The position numbers and the translations under genes were made by a program. DNA of 43,038 bases from a virus (lineage: Duplodnaviria; Caudoviricetes): positions 1 to 43,038 of IMG/VR virus record IMGVR_UViG_3300025160_000010; one strand, 5' to 3'. A model generated the notes under the pieces. That model worked only from the letters and a program-made list of their open reading frames with translations. It searched no databases and was not told the origin of the DNA. This document shows, piece by piece, positions 1-9,296 of the stretch. Positions within the stretch are counted from its first letter, which is position 1, and every line of letters begins with the position of its first letter.

Positions 1-1899
1 GCCGCGCTCCCGCTGGATCTCCATCAGCTCCCGGGCGACGTCGGTCTGGGTGACGTCCGTGACGCCCTTCTCGGCCAGACGCTCTCCCACCTCTCCCAGA
101 ATCCCCAGGGCCGCCGAGCGGGCCCGATTCCGCAGCTCCTCCTGCTTCTGGTAGACCGCCTCCTCGGACTTCATCCGGGCCTCGGACCCCTGTTTGGCGG
201 CATCGGCCTTGGCCTGCTCGTGGGCGATGGTATCCTGGAGACTCTTCTGCCCCAGGGCCTGCTCGTGCGCGAAGAGGCGTTCGACCATCCCCTGGGCGAA
301 CTTGAAGGCCTCGCCCTCGGCCCTGATGCGCTCCGCCGGGCCCAGGCGGGCCAGGGCGGCGCGCTGGCGCATCCACTCCAGCTCCTCCTGGAGGCTGGCC
401 TGGCCGCGATCCCGGAGGGCCTTGAAGCCTTCCTCCTGGGCCTTCTCCCCCTCCAGAGCGGCCTTGGCGCGGATCAGCGCCGTCTCCGCCGCCACGAACT
501 GCTCGATCGTGACGCGGTCCACGCCGGCCTGGCGGTATTTCTCGGTCGTGGATTGCAGGCGGGCCTCGTCCAGCACCCCGGGCGCCTGCCCGACGCCCTG
601 GACGCCCACCAGGGCCTGCCGGGTCGCCTCGATGGCCTGCCGGGTCAGTTGCTCCCGCTCCCGCTCCGCCTTCTTCTGGGCCTCGGCGGTCTCGGTGAAG
701 GCCTTCAGCTTCTGCATCTGGGCATCGACGACGGCCTTGGCGCCGGCGATCTCCTGCTCCGTGGCCTTGGCGGACGCCTCGCCTTCCAGGAAGATCGCCT
801 GGCCGGCCTTTTCGATCAGGGCGTTGCGGGCGGCCCAGGCATCGGCGGCCAACTGGCGGTTGGAGGTGGCCTTGTCCTCCGCGCCGATGGCCTCATACAC
901 TAGCGCGCGATATCTGGCATAGGCCGAGACGAGACCCAGCACCCCCGCGGCCAGGAATTCGAAGCTGCGGTAGGCGGCGTCCACCACGATGATCAAACCC
1001 TTGCCCAGCGTCTCCGTGGTCTCTTTGGTCAGGGCGTGGAACCGCTGGAGGGAGATCGTCGCCGCATCCTGGGTCCCCTGGAGGAGTTTCTGCTTCGCCT
1101 CCAGGTTGGCCATGGCCAGCTCGAAGAGCGCCGCCGAATCGGCGCCCGCCTCGATGGCCTTGTTGACGATGGCCATCTGTTCCCGCGTGGCCGCGCCCAT
1201 CCGGATCAGGGCCCTGGGGGCGCGGTTGGCGATGGCATCCGCCAGGTCATCATAGGCCTGGGCGGCGGTCGTGCCGGCGATCTGCGAGGCCGTGATGACC
1301 ACCCTGGAGAATCGCTCGATCTGCGCGGGGTCATAGGCCAGCGTCATCAACTTGACGGCCTTCTGCATCAGGTCGCTGTCGTCGATGGTCTCCTTCGTGG
1401 CCGCCTTCATGCTCTCGATGAGCCGCGCGGAATGCACCCCGGCGGCATCGGCCATGATCCGGAAGGAGGATTCGATCTGCAGCGCCCGCCCGGCTTCATC
1501 CAGGAAAGCCATGGCCTTGTTGACGGCCGCCCAGGCGGCGACGATCGCCACCGACGCGGCCACCCAGTTCTCCTTGAGCCGATCGACCAAGGAGATCTGC
1601 TTTCCGAACTGCTGCTCGTTGAGGGCGGCGAGCTGGGCGTTCTTCGCCTGCTCGGCGCGCAGGATGTCGTTAGCGGTCGCCTGGGAGCTGTGGGTGATGC
1701 GATCGAAGGCGTTGGTGATCTTCGCCCGCATGAGGTCCATCTCGGCGGACGACTTGATACCGAGCTTGCGAAAGTTCTCCTCGATGTTCAGTGTGGTGGA
1801 GGTGGCATCCTTGTAGAGCTGCTGCTGGGATCGGGTATAGCGGGAGGCATCGAGATCGATCTCGACAAAGGCGGTCCCGATCGGGCGTCCCGCGGCCAT
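1..1899 (-). CDS. Tail tape measure protein, N-terminal part (runs off window edge)
   Basis: Starts MAAGRPIGTAFVEIDLD at ATG 1899 (TGATG overlap with upstream gene); Ala/Glu-rich helical frame that appears open to position 1; lies downstream of the tail chaperone. Confidence 0.88.
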   Translation of the reverse strand, partial: MAAGRPIGTAFVEIDLDASRYTRSQQQLYKDATSTTLNIEENFRKLGIKSSAEMDLMRAKITNAFDRITHSSQATANDILRAEQAKNAQLAALNEQQFGKQISLVDRLKENWVAASVAIVAAWAAVNKAMAFLDEAGRALQIESSFRIMADAAGVHSARLIESMKAATKETIDDSDLMQKAVKLMTLAYDPAQIERFSRVVITASQIAGTTAAQAYDDLADAIANRAPRALIRMGAATREQMAIVNKAIEAGADSAALFELAMANLEAKQKLLQGTQDAATISLQRFHALTKETTETLGKGLIIVVDAAYRSFEFLAAGVLGLVSAYARYRALVYEAIGAEDKATSNRQLAADAWAARNALIEKAGQAIFLEGEASAKATEQEIAGAKAVVDAQMQKLKAFTETAEAQKKAEREREQLTRQAIEATRQALVGVQGVGQAPGVLDEARLQSTTEKYRQAGVDRVTIEQFVAAETALIRAKAALEGEKAQEEGFKALRDRGQASLQEELEWMRQRAALARLGPAERIRAEGEAFKFAQGMVERLFAHEQALGQKSLQDTIAHEQAKADAAKQGSEARMKSEEAVYQKQEELRNRARSAALGILGEVGERLAEKGVTDVTQTDVARELMEIQRERG

Positions 1900-2288
1900 C
1901 AGCGCGCCCCCAGGATGGATTTTATTCTATCGAGCGACGCATAAAAGGCCGGGCGCATGAACGGCGTCCGGTGCTCCACGATGTTGACGTACCAGGCTTT
2001 CGCATGCCCGACATACACCCGGATGTTCTTCGCCTGCCAGAGCAGACGTCCGCTTTTGCCCTTCTTCTGCACAACGCGCACGGATCGTTTCAGCTCCCCG
2101 GCATCCCGGGCGGTCCAGAACTGGCCGGCGTAGGGCCCTCGCTTGTAGATCGGACGGGAAACCGTCCCGACGGGGGTCCGGCGCCTGACTTCGTTCGCAA
2201 GGAACTGGGCGGCCTCCATCAGGCGACCAGGCATGGCCTCGTTGACGAGATCGTCCAGCCCCTCCGGCTGCCAGCGTTCAATCCGCAT
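1899..2288 (-). CDS. HK97 gp10-like tail completion protein
   Basis: RRTPVG..., GELKRSVRV, WYVNIVEH...PFMRPAF motifs. Confidence 0.8.
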   Translation of the reverse strand: MRIERWQPEGLDDLVNEAMPGRLMEAAQFLANEVRRRTPVGTVSRPIYKRGPYAGQFWTARDAGELKRSVRVVQKKGKSGRLLWQAKNIRVYVGHAKAWYVNIVEHRTPFMRPAFYASLDRIKSILGAR

Positions 2289-2607
2289 CGCGAGGCTTCA
2301 TCTCGTATTCATGAAAGAGCCGCCGGACCCGGCGAAGGCAGTCCCGGCGATCCGCGATGCCGTAGAGATCCATGAGCATCGCGACCGCGGGAATGTTGAT
2401 GTCCACGATCTGGCCCGGTCCCGCCGTGACCACCTGGTTTCGCGCCAGCATATAGATCACCGAGGCCTCGGCATTGTCTTCGCGTAGTGGCACCCGACAC
2501 GTCCCGCAGGGGGATTCCTGCGGGGGGGTCCGGTTCGCATGGATCAAGCGGCAGTCGGCACAGAGGGGGAGATAGACATCAGCCCACTTGATCCAGGCAA
2601 GAAATTT
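2278..2607 (-). CDS. Tail assembly chaperone frameshift extension (gpT-like; CxxC...CxxC)
   Basis: The -1 frame from the slippery site AAATTTC reads FLAWIKWADVYLPLCADC... directly into ORF 2278..2547. Confidence 0.75.
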   Translation of the reverse strand, partial: KFLAWIKWADVYLPLCADCRLIHANRTPPQESPCGTCRVPLREDNAEASVIYMLARNQVVTAGPGQIVDINIPAVAMLMDLYGIADRRDCLRRVRRLFHEYEMKPRDAD

Positions 2608-2999
2608 TCCGCGGCCGCCTCCTGTTGCCGGCCTTCCTCTTCGGCCAAGAATTTGAGCTTCTCGGCCACAAAGGCGTTGAACTTGGCAGATCGATCCAAA
2701 AGCAGGAGCTTCATCTCTGCGGTGCAGGGAATCTCCGCGCCCTTGCTATCGAAGAAGTTCTCCCATCCCTGAATGACGTAATCCCAGAACAGCGCATTCT
2801 CGAGCTCGTTATTGGTCTCATCGACCTCGAACCGCTCCGCCCTGCCCTCGATGCGCTTGTACTCAACCCGGACCTTGACGGTCTGCTTGCGGATTGCCTT
2901 CAGGCGGTCGGCGCTCATGCTCCGCAAGTGCACCCGTCCCCCCCCGTCGAAATCGAACCAGGCACCGGGGGCTTCGCCGGAGATATCGAAAACAGTCAT
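2544..2999 (-). CDS. Tail assembly chaperone (gpG-like)
   Basis: Between tail tube and tape measure; IQGWENFFDSKGAEIPCT motif; GAGGAG RBS before ATG 2999. Confidence 0.82.
   Translation of the reverse strand: MTVFDISGEAPGAWFDFDGGGRVHLRSMSADRLKAIRKQTVKVRVEYKRIEGRAERFEVDETNNELENALFWDYVIQGWENFFDSKGAEIPCTAEMKLLLLDRSAKFNAFVAEKLKFLAEEEGRQQEAAAENFLPGSSGLMSISPSVPTAA
2601..2607 (-). other. -1 programmed frameshift slippery heptamer A AAT TTC
   Basis: X XXY YYZ pattern in the correct frame near the chaperone 3' end; joins the downstream ORF. Confidence 0.75.
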
Positions 3000-3011
3000 G
3001 AATTCTCCTCT

Positions 3012-3086
3012 CGCGCAAGGTGCATCGCGCATAGTGCACAGCGCCGGAATTGGACGCTGTGCTCTATGGGCTCGGCCCTTGGGGCT
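3012..3086. repeat. Intergenic 7-mer (GCGCAYR-type) inverted microsatellite hairpin
   Basis: gcgcaag gtgcatc gcgcata gtgcaca ... tgtgctc tatgggc. Confidence 0.65.
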
Positions 3087-3510
3087 ACGATCCCGTGCCG
3101 ACCTGCTCCATGCCGGCGCCGCTCACCTTGCCCTCGAATTCGATCGTCCCGATACCGTTCCTGGCCAGCGTGACCGCATTGCCCTTGGTGACGATGATCT
3201 CGCCTCCGGTCCCCACACGCCAGAACGTGTTCGTATTGGGATAAAGATAGAGATTCGTCAGGCCCAGCCCCGTGTTCACCAGCGCCGCCAGGGCGATCTG
3301 GCCATTGGTATCCGCCGGGTCGTAGTTCCCCGTGAAGCGGATCATGCCCGGCTCGCCTCCCTCGACGGCGAGGTACTTCTTGACGCTGTCACCGAAGGCG
3401 GAGACTTCCGCCACGGCCTGGGTGAATCCGGTCATGGACCATTCCTTGATATTGGCCACGACGACCGAGCCGTACATCACCTTCCCTGTCTTTCCGCCGA
3501 TGGCTGCCAC
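3085..3510 (-). CDS. Major tail tube protein
   Basis: VANIKEWSM, EVSAFGD, FTGNYDPADTNGQ motifs; position upstream of chaperone. Confidence 0.8.
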   Translation of the reverse strand: MAAIGGKTGKVMYGSVVVANIKEWSMTGFTQAVAEVSAFGDSVKKYLAVEGGEPGMIRFTGNYDPADTNGQIALAALVNTGLGLTNLYLYPNTNTFWRVGTGGEIIVTKGNAVTLARNGIGTIEFEGKVSGAGMEQVGTGS

Positions 3511-3525
3511 GTGCGTTCCTCCTTG

Positions 3526-4200
3526 TTAGGCCGGGGTTGCGACCATGCGGTTCTCGGCCGGTACGCCCAGAACCGTCGTGTCGATGCGCGCTGCCTGCTT
3601 GAATCGGTCATGCAGCCACGTGAAGTTCTTCTGGAACCGCTCGTCCGGGAACCAGGTGAAGGGACGCAGGCAGAAGTGCTCGCAGAAGGCATCGATGATC
3701 CAGGCGGTCCCCTCCATCTCCCAGGTCTGCAGGACCGCGAGTGTGCCGTAGAGATCGAAGCCGTCCATCGTTTCGTCAAACCGGAACCCCTTCGTGAGGT
3801 TCACCAGGATGACGCACTCGTCAAAGCAGCAGGCCGGCTCCGGGAACGTGTGGAGATCCGCCGTGTTGAATTGCTGGGGGATCCGCATGTCGTGCAGCCG
3901 CCCGCAGATCCGGCCTTGCAGATCCTTGCCGATCACGCCGGCCGTCATCCACGATTCGGGCAGCTTCCCGAGCTGCTCCCGCACCTGAGGCAGCCATCCC
4001 TGGCGGAAATACATATCCTGGTGGACCAGGGCGGCCACGTCCGCCCCCTCCGCCTCCATGAGGGCCAGGAGCCTATTGAGTCCCTGCGTGGCGGAATCCG
4101 GGGCCTTGATAAAGTGCATCTCACCCTGGATCTCCGACTGTCGCAGGACCATATCCAGACGGAGGATGTCGCTCACGAGGACGCCAAAGCTGATCTTCAT
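3526..4200 (-). CDS. Glycosyltransferase-like protein (GT-A fold, Glyco_tranf_2_5-like)
   Basis: SATQGLN...LVHQDMYF...AGVIG...FRFDE...FDLYG; ATGA overlap with the methyltransferase. Confidence 0.72.
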   Translation of the reverse strand: MKISFGVLVSDILRLDMVLRQSEIQGEMHFIKAPDSATQGLNRLLALMEAEGADVAALVHQDMYFRQGWLPQVREQLGKLPESWMTAGVIGKDLQGRICGRLHDMRIPQQFNTADLHTFPEPACCFDECVILVNLTKGFRFDETMDGFDLYGTLAVLQTWEMEGTAWIIDAFCEHFCLRPFTWFPDERFQKNFTWLHDRFKQAARIDTTVLGVPAENRMVATPA

Positions 4201-4811
4201 GCCGCCACTTTCTGAAACACAGCCAGGCCGAGGGCGCGCGTGTGGCTGCGGGAGAGATACTCGCCGATGAAACGCACGCCAGGATCCGCCTTCAATTCCC
4301 GGACGACGCGAGCCACGCCCCATTCGGGCAGCGCCGAATCGTGCAGCACGAGGAAACCCCCCGGACGGAGCATCGGAAGGTACAAGATCGTGTCGAGTTT
4401 CACGCCGGGATAGTGATGATCCCCGTCAATCAAGATCACATCAAACGCCGGCATCTTTCCCAGGCTCGACAAGACGGCCTCATCCTGGGAGGCCCCAATG
4501 ATCTCCACGCGGGGCACATCCTTCAGGATGGTTTTCCGCAGGCCTGCCTTGTGGTGCTTATTGTCATCCACGAGGACGATCCGCTCGGGATGGAAAAAGT
4601 GATGCATGAGAAACACTGTCCCGCCGGCGGCTACCCCGATCTCCAGGTACGACTGTACCGCCTCACCCGACTCCAGTACGGCCAGGATGCACGGGCCCAA
4701 TTCGTCGGGAATCTGCTGGCAATGGATCCCGCCCTCGAAAACCCCGCCGAAGGTGGCCAGATCGTCCGATCCGGCCTCCAGGATAACGTCCTCTATCTGT
4801 CCGAGGATCAT
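4197..4811 (-). CDS. Class I SAM methyltransferase (Methyltransf_24-like)
   Basis: YLEIGVAAGG, FDVILIDGDH, LRPGGFLVLHD. Confidence 0.88.
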   Translation of the reverse strand: MILGQIEDVILEAGSDDLATFGGVFEGGIHCQQIPDELGPCILAVLESGEAVQSYLEIGVAAGGTVFLMHHFFHPERIVLVDDNKHHKAGLRKTILKDVPRVEIIGASQDEAVLSSLGKMPAFDVILIDGDHHYPGVKLDTILYLPMLRPGGFLVLHDSALPEWGVARVVRELKADPGVRFIGEYLSRSHTRALGLAVFQKVAA

Positions 4812-4815
4812 GGCT

Positions 4816-5226
4816 CTAGCTCTTCTGCCGCGTGACGAGATAATCCACGTGATAGGCCCACACCTGCACCGTTCCATCCGGGGTCGTATGGTCTTCATTC
4901 CCCGGCGTCGTGTTCTGCCAGGCGAAGCGGATCATGACGTGGCCCGTCACGGTCAACGCGCAATCGTCATAGAGCGCCCGTAAGTAGCCTACGATGTCCT
5001 CCACCTCGGCAGAGGAGCTTGCCGACGAGAAGACACTGAACTGGATCAGCGCCTCATCGCCGTCCTTGGCGAACACGTGATCCGGCGTGTCCGTGACGAC
5101 CATGTACACGGTATACGGATACGTCGCCCCCTCCGGCGCCCGGCCCTTGTACAGCCGCCCGCCGATGGCCGTTTCGAAGGCCGAGCCGGCGGCTTTGCCG
5201 TAGATGGCGGTGGTCAAAGCCTTCAC
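4816..5226 (-). CDS. Tail terminator (DUF3168-like)
   Basis: GRLYKGRAPEGATYPY, IQFSVFS motifs; neck position. Confidence 0.78.
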   Translation of the reverse strand: MKALTTAIYGKAAGSAFETAIGGRLYKGRAPEGATYPYTVYMVVTDTPDHVFAKDGDEALIQFSVFSSASSSAEVEDIVGYLRALYDDCALTVTGHVMIRFAWQNTTPGNEDHTTPDGTVQVWAYHVDYLVTRQKS

Positions 5227-5251
5227 GCGTACTCCTCAACAACGGCATGTC

Positions 5252-5313
5252 TCACGCAGAGACGCAGCGTTCGCAGAGATCGGCATCCCTCAGCGTCTCT
5301 GCGGCTCTGCGTG
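5252..5313. repeat. Intergenic 9-mer inverted microsatellite hairpin
   Basis: cacgcagagacgcagcgttcgcagag ... ctcagcgtctctgcggctctgcgtg. Confidence 0.75.
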
Positions 5314-5314
5314 A

Positions 5315-5632
5315 TCATGTAGCTTCCTTGCAGAGTAGATCCAGCACCCGCCCATTCTCGTTCGGGTTGATCAGACTCACGATGGCGAAGTAGCGATCGC
5401 CGAACTTGACGCGCCAGGAGCTGGCGACGTCGCTCCGGTATCGCATCCGGATCCGGTGGGTGACGGTCATCACCGTCTGGGCCGCCTCGATCTGCTCCGT
5501 GGCGCTCACGGGCCAGACGGCGGCGAAGACTTCAGCCACGGTGGTCCAGGCCGTGGTGAACCCCCCCATCCCGTCCGCCGTCCGCGCCGGCGATTCCAGG
5601 GTCACCCGATGCCGCAGCTCCCCGATGCGCAT
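5315..5632 (-). CDS. Head closure / head-tail adaptor (SPP1 gp16-like)
   Basis: MRIGELRHRVTLE...DGMGG...W...THRIRMRYR. Confidence 0.9.
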   Translation of the reverse strand: MRIGELRHRVTLESPARTADGMGGFTTAWTTVAEVFAAVWPVSATEQIEAAQTVMTVTHRIRMRYRSDVASSWRVKFGDRYFAIVSLINPNENGRVLDLLCKEAT

Positions 5633-5654
5633 GGCTTGCTCACTCCACTCCAAG

Positions 5655-5747
5655 GCCAGAGATCAGAGGCCAGAGATCAGAGGTCAGAGATCAGAGGTCG
5701 GACTCTCGCGCTCTGACTCCTGACTTCTGATCTCTGTCCTCTGACTC
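5655..5747. repeat. Intergenic 7-mer (TCAGAGR) inverted microsatellite hairpin
   Basis: ccagaga tcagagg x3 ... tctgact cctgact tctgatc tctgtcc tctga. Confidence 0.85.
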
Positions 5748-5748
5748 A

Positions 5749-6333
5749 TCAGAACTCATCCCAGAGGATCGCGCTGGCCAGGAGCCGCCCCACGGTCTTG
5801 TCTTCCATCACGGTCTGGCCCACGGTATCTTCTCCCCGGCCTTCATACAGCTTGGCGCAGACCAGCTTGATTCCGGCCAGGACCGTCGGCGGGACCAGAT
5901 CCGGCGTGGTCCAGCCAGCCACGAACCGGATGGTGATCGGGTTGCTCGGGTACAGCGTCCCCGATGGCCAGGGCGTCGCATAGGGCAGGACGATCCGCCC
6001 GCACTGCTCCCCATTGTTCTCGACCAGATAATCGGTCGTCACCGCCAGCGTGGTCTCGGTCCCGTCCGAATCCTTCCACTTCACGCTGGTCACCGACTGG
6101 AGATTGCCAAAAGGCAGCGTGATATGGTTACAGGATGGCCATCCGGCAAGGGAATAGTCCCAGGTCTGGGTCAGCAGGGCTCGCCGGGTCCAATCCTCCA
6201 CATGCTTCCGGGCCGCGGTGATGAACCCCTCGATCTCATCGTCCTCATCCACGTGGTCCACGCGCAGATGGGCCTTGGCCGCGGTCAGATCCACCGGCTC
6301 AACGGCAGTCCCGGTCACCAGAACAAGGCGCAT
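5749..6333 (-). CDS. Head-tail connector protein (phiE125 gp8-like)
   Basis: EPVDLTAAKAHLRVD, RALLTQTW, ITIRFVAGW. Confidence 0.9.
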   Translation of the reverse strand: MRLVLVTGTAVEPVDLTAAKAHLRVDHVDEDDEIEGFITAARKHVEDWTRRALLTQTWDYSLAGWPSCNHITLPFGNLQSVTSVKWKDSDGTETTLAVTTDYLVENNGEQCGRIVLPYATPWPSGTLYPSNPITIRFVAGWTTPDLVPPTVLAGIKLVCAKLYEGRGEDTVGQTVMEDKTVGRLLASAILWDEF

Positions 6334-6351
6334 GCGCTCACTCAAAGGCCT

Positions 6352-6425
6352 TCGGTGGTTCGATCTGTCGGTTGTTCGGTAGTTCTGGGAACAACCGAAC
6401 CACCGAACTGTCGAACAACCGACCG
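6352..6425. repeat. Intergenic 8-mer (CGAACNAC) inverted microsatellite hairpin
   Basis: ttcggtgg ttcgatct gtcggttg ttcggtag ... gaacaacc gaaccacc gaactgtc gaacaacc. Confidence 0.8.
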
Positions 6426-6426
6426 G

Positions 6427-6738
6427 TTATGGGCCAGCATCGATCACCCGCACGACGACATCCGGGGCGAGATACCGCTCGGTGTCGATCACGCAGCGCA
6501 ACTGGACGTAATAGGTCCCAGGGGTCGCCAGGGCGGCCACGGTCGAATCGAACAGCATGTACAGCTCATCATTGGCATCGTCGAAGAGGGCGGCTCCCCA
6601 GTCGTAGCCGATCACCAGGACGCGGGCGGCGGTCAGGATCCTCCGCTCGGGGCTGGTCGCGGTGATCGCCCCGGACCCACGGGTGCGCTCGATCTTGACC
6701 GCTACGTCTTTCTTCTCGCCTTCGCGGATGGTATACAA
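6427..6738 (-). CDS. Hypothetical beta-rich virion accessory protein
   Basis: 103 aa, PGTYYVQL Ig/BppU-like ending; TTG start uncertain. Confidence 0.55.
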   Translation of the reverse strand: MYTIREGEKKDVAVKIERTRGSGAITATSPERRILTAARVLVIGYDWGAALFDDANDELYMLFDSTVAALATPGTYYVQLRCVIDTERYLAPDVVVRVIDAGP

Positions 6739-6749
6739 GATTCACGTTA

Positions 6750-6779
6750 TCCACAGATTACGCAGATTACGCAGATTCA
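6750..6779. repeat. 9-mer tandem repeat (cagattacg) x3, single arm
   Basis: ccacagattacgcagattacgcagattc. Confidence 0.7.
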
Positions 6780-9296
6780 TACCTGCGCCAGGCGAACCCG
6801 AGCCTGCAACTCCCGCAGCCGCAGACGCGGGATCAGCTCCTCCAGCCGGTACCGGGGCGGCAGCTCCCGGAATCCGAAGGCGGTCAACTCGAGGCCGACG
6901 ATGGCGGTCGCGATCGCCTCTGTCAGGCCGACCGCCTCGGCCAGGAGGCGGGTCACGGACCGGCGCAGGTCCTCGGTCAGCCCCACCTGCTCGGCCAGCA
7001 GACTGGCCACATCGGCGCCCAGGTCCTCGGTGATCCCCAGGGTCTCGGCCGCAATCTTCATGACCTGGATCCCGAGGCTTTCGACAAAGCTGACCGTATC
7101 GCCCAGGGCCTGGAGCCTGACCAAGGTGTTCACCACGCTTTCGCTCAGCCCGAGGTTCTCGGCAATTCCGCGTCGGGTATCGCGGAGCGTGGCCTCGGTC
7201 GTCTCGAGGGCATCCACCAAGGTCCGCTGGACGCTGGCGATCAAGGCCTCTGTCAGGCCGAGAGCATCGGCGAACCGCCTGGCGGCCTGGAATTGCAGGC
7301 TCTCGGTCGCGCCCATGGCATCGGCGAATACGGTCACCCCGACCTTCTCCGCCACCAGGTCCTCACTTAGGCCCAGGATCTCGGCAAAGACCTTCATGGG
7401 CTCCCGGCCCGTGGCCTCGGCCAACTGCCCGCTTTCCTGAATCACCCGCTGGATCTGGCGCGCCAGGCTCTCGGTCAGCCCCAGGTCCTCCGCGGCCTGC
7501 CGGGCGGTTTGACGTTGAAGTGATTCCACGGTGGACAGGCTGTCCCCCAGCTCGAGCAGGCCCAACTTGCTGGCCACCAGTCCCTCGGACACCCCCAGCG
7601 TCTCCGCGAGAGCCTTCCCCGGTTGGCGTGCCGAGGCCTCGCCCAGGGCGGTCACATCGGCCAGGGATCGCTGGACGGCTCGGATCACGGACTCCGTCAA
7701 CCCCAGGCTGTCGGCCATATTCTTCGTGAAGCCCCCGGCGGTCAGCGCCTCCTGCAGATCCACCCCCTCGGCCATGGCCACGCCGGCCAGGCGCCGCAGG
7801 CTCTCCGTGAGCTGTGGGCTTTCCTCGATCCGGCGCTGGATCTGCCGGCTGACCGTTTCGGACATCAGCAGGACGTCGGTGGGAGCAATGGACCAATCCC
7901 CGTAGAGCTCCTCGGCGACGGACAGCGTATCGGCGATGGCCTGCTGATAGACCGTGGACCGGCCCGCGAAGCTGCCGTATAGCCCGCTGATCAGCAGCCC
8001 CGGGACGAACTGGGTGAACGGCCCGATGGTCCGTCCCCCCGCCGGGGCGACCAGGGATTCCTCGAACGACAGGACATCCCCGATCGCGCGCCCTGTGATG
8101 CGGGTGAGCGCCTCCGTAAAGCCCAGGACGTCCGCGGTCCGGATCGCGGAGCCGCGCAGAAGCGTTTCGCTCAGGCCGACCGTGTCCGACAACTGCCGCA
8201 GGAACAGCGTGGTCGGCGTGACCTGCTCGGTCAATTCCAGGCCCTCACTGATCGCCGTCAGGAACAGCCGTCCCTGCATCTCCGACAGATCCAGGACCTC
8301 CGCCAGGGTCTTCCCGACCGTCTGCGCTCTGCTCTCTGCGCTTTGCACCGTCTCCGCCAGGCTCCTCCCGGTCCGCCGCTCCAAGGCCTCCACCAGGCCG
8401 GCAGTCTCGGCGATCGCCTTACCGGCCATCTGTAGGCGGGCCTCGGTCGGTTGCAGGTCTTCTGCGATCGCGTGCTGTAGCTGAATCGTCCGGGCCTCTG
8501 GGAGATTCAGCGTATCAGCCAGGAGCAAGGCAACCTGCTTGGCGAGCGTCTCGGTCGGGGTCAGCGCCTCCTCGTGGGTGAGTGCCCGCAGGATGAGGCT
8601 GACGACCGATTCCTCGAGGCCAACGGTCTCCGCCAAGATGCGCCGGACCTGCCGGACCGTCAGCTCCTCCAGGCTGGATGCCTCGGCCATCGCCGTCTGC
8701 GCCTGTTTGATCTGGCTCTCCGTCAGGCCGGGGATCTCCGCCAGGATCCGCACCATCTGCCGAACCAGGGCCTCGCTGGGCGTCAAGACATCGCTGACCG
8801 GTTGCTCATAGACGCCGGCCCGGGCAAAGCTGCCATAGCGCCCCCCGATCAGCATCCCCGGAACGAGCTGGGTCAGGTCGCCGACGGGATGGGGGCCGGA
8901 GGCCTGCAGGGCCTCGGACGGGCCCAGGACCTCGGCCAGGATCTGCTGCACCTGCCGGATCTGGGCCTCTGTGAGATCGGTCGTCTCCGCAAGGCCCCTG
9001 GCCACCTGCAGCGCCAAGGCCTCCGTGAACCCGACCGTATCCGAGACCGCCTGGTCATAGGTGGTGGCGCCGCTGCGGGCAAAGCTGCCATAGCGCCCCC
9101 CGATGAGCATCCCAGGCACGAACTGGGTCAGATCGCCGACGGGATGCGGGCCGGAGGCCTGCAGGACCTCGGTCACCCCTAGCGTGTCCGCGACCGCGAG
9201 CGGGATCTCCGAGCTTTGCAGCAGGCGCTTGCTGGTGCCATCCTCCAGCAGCCGCTTGCTGGTGCCATCCTCGAGGAGACGGTAATCCAGGCTCAT
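6777..9296 (-). CDS. 839-aa repeat protein (about 21-aa D/E-x-L-G-L-x-E repeats), putative fibre/scaffold
   Basis: Roughly 30 or more units such as AETLGVSEGL; three TQ(F/L)VPG..I.G.YGSFA inserts; N-terminal RLLEDGTSK tandem. Confidence 0.8.
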   Translation of the reverse strand: MSLDYRLLEDGTSKRLLEDGTSKRLLQSSEIPLAVADTLGVTEVLQASGPHPVGDLTQFVPGMLIGGRYGSFARSGATTYDQAVSDTVGFTEALALQVARGLAETTDLTEAQIRQVQQILAEVLGPSEALQASGPHPVGDLTQLVPGMLIGGRYGSFARAGVYEQPVSDVLTPSEALVRQMVRILAEIPGLTESQIKQAQTAMAEASSLEELTVRQVRRILAETVGLEESVVSLILRALTHEEALTPTETLAKQVALLLADTLNLPEARTIQLQHAIAEDLQPTEARLQMAGKAIAETAGLVEALERRTGRSLAETVQSAESRAQTVGKTLAEVLDLSEMQGRLFLTAISEGLELTEQVTPTTLFLRQLSDTVGLSETLLRGSAIRTADVLGFTEALTRITGRAIGDVLSFEESLVAPAGGRTIGPFTQFVPGLLISGLYGSFAGRSTVYQQAIADTLSVAEELYGDWSIAPTDVLLMSETVSRQIQRRIEESPQLTESLRRLAGVAMAEGVDLQEALTAGGFTKNMADSLGLTESVIRAVQRSLADVTALGEASARQPGKALAETLGVSEGLVASKLGLLELGDSLSTVESLQRQTARQAAEDLGLTESLARQIQRVIQESGQLAEATGREPMKVFAEILGLSEDLVAEKVGVTVFADAMGATESLQFQAARRFADALGLTEALIASVQRTLVDALETTEATLRDTRRGIAENLGLSESVVNTLVRLQALGDTVSFVESLGIQVMKIAAETLGITEDLGADVASLLAEQVGLTEDLRRSVTRLLAEAVGLTEAIATAIVGLELTAFGFRELPPRYRLEELIPRLRLRELQARVRLAQV

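Noticed and set aside
6730-6780. Frameshift at the start of ORF 6427..6738
   Set aside because: A TTG start explains the ORF and there is no clear slippery site, although the RBS is weak
7960-9180. Near-identical ~100-bp repeats in the 839-aa gene as a DGR template/variable pair
   Set aside because: Differences are not adenine-specific, both copies are in-frame coding, and no reverse transcriptase is present
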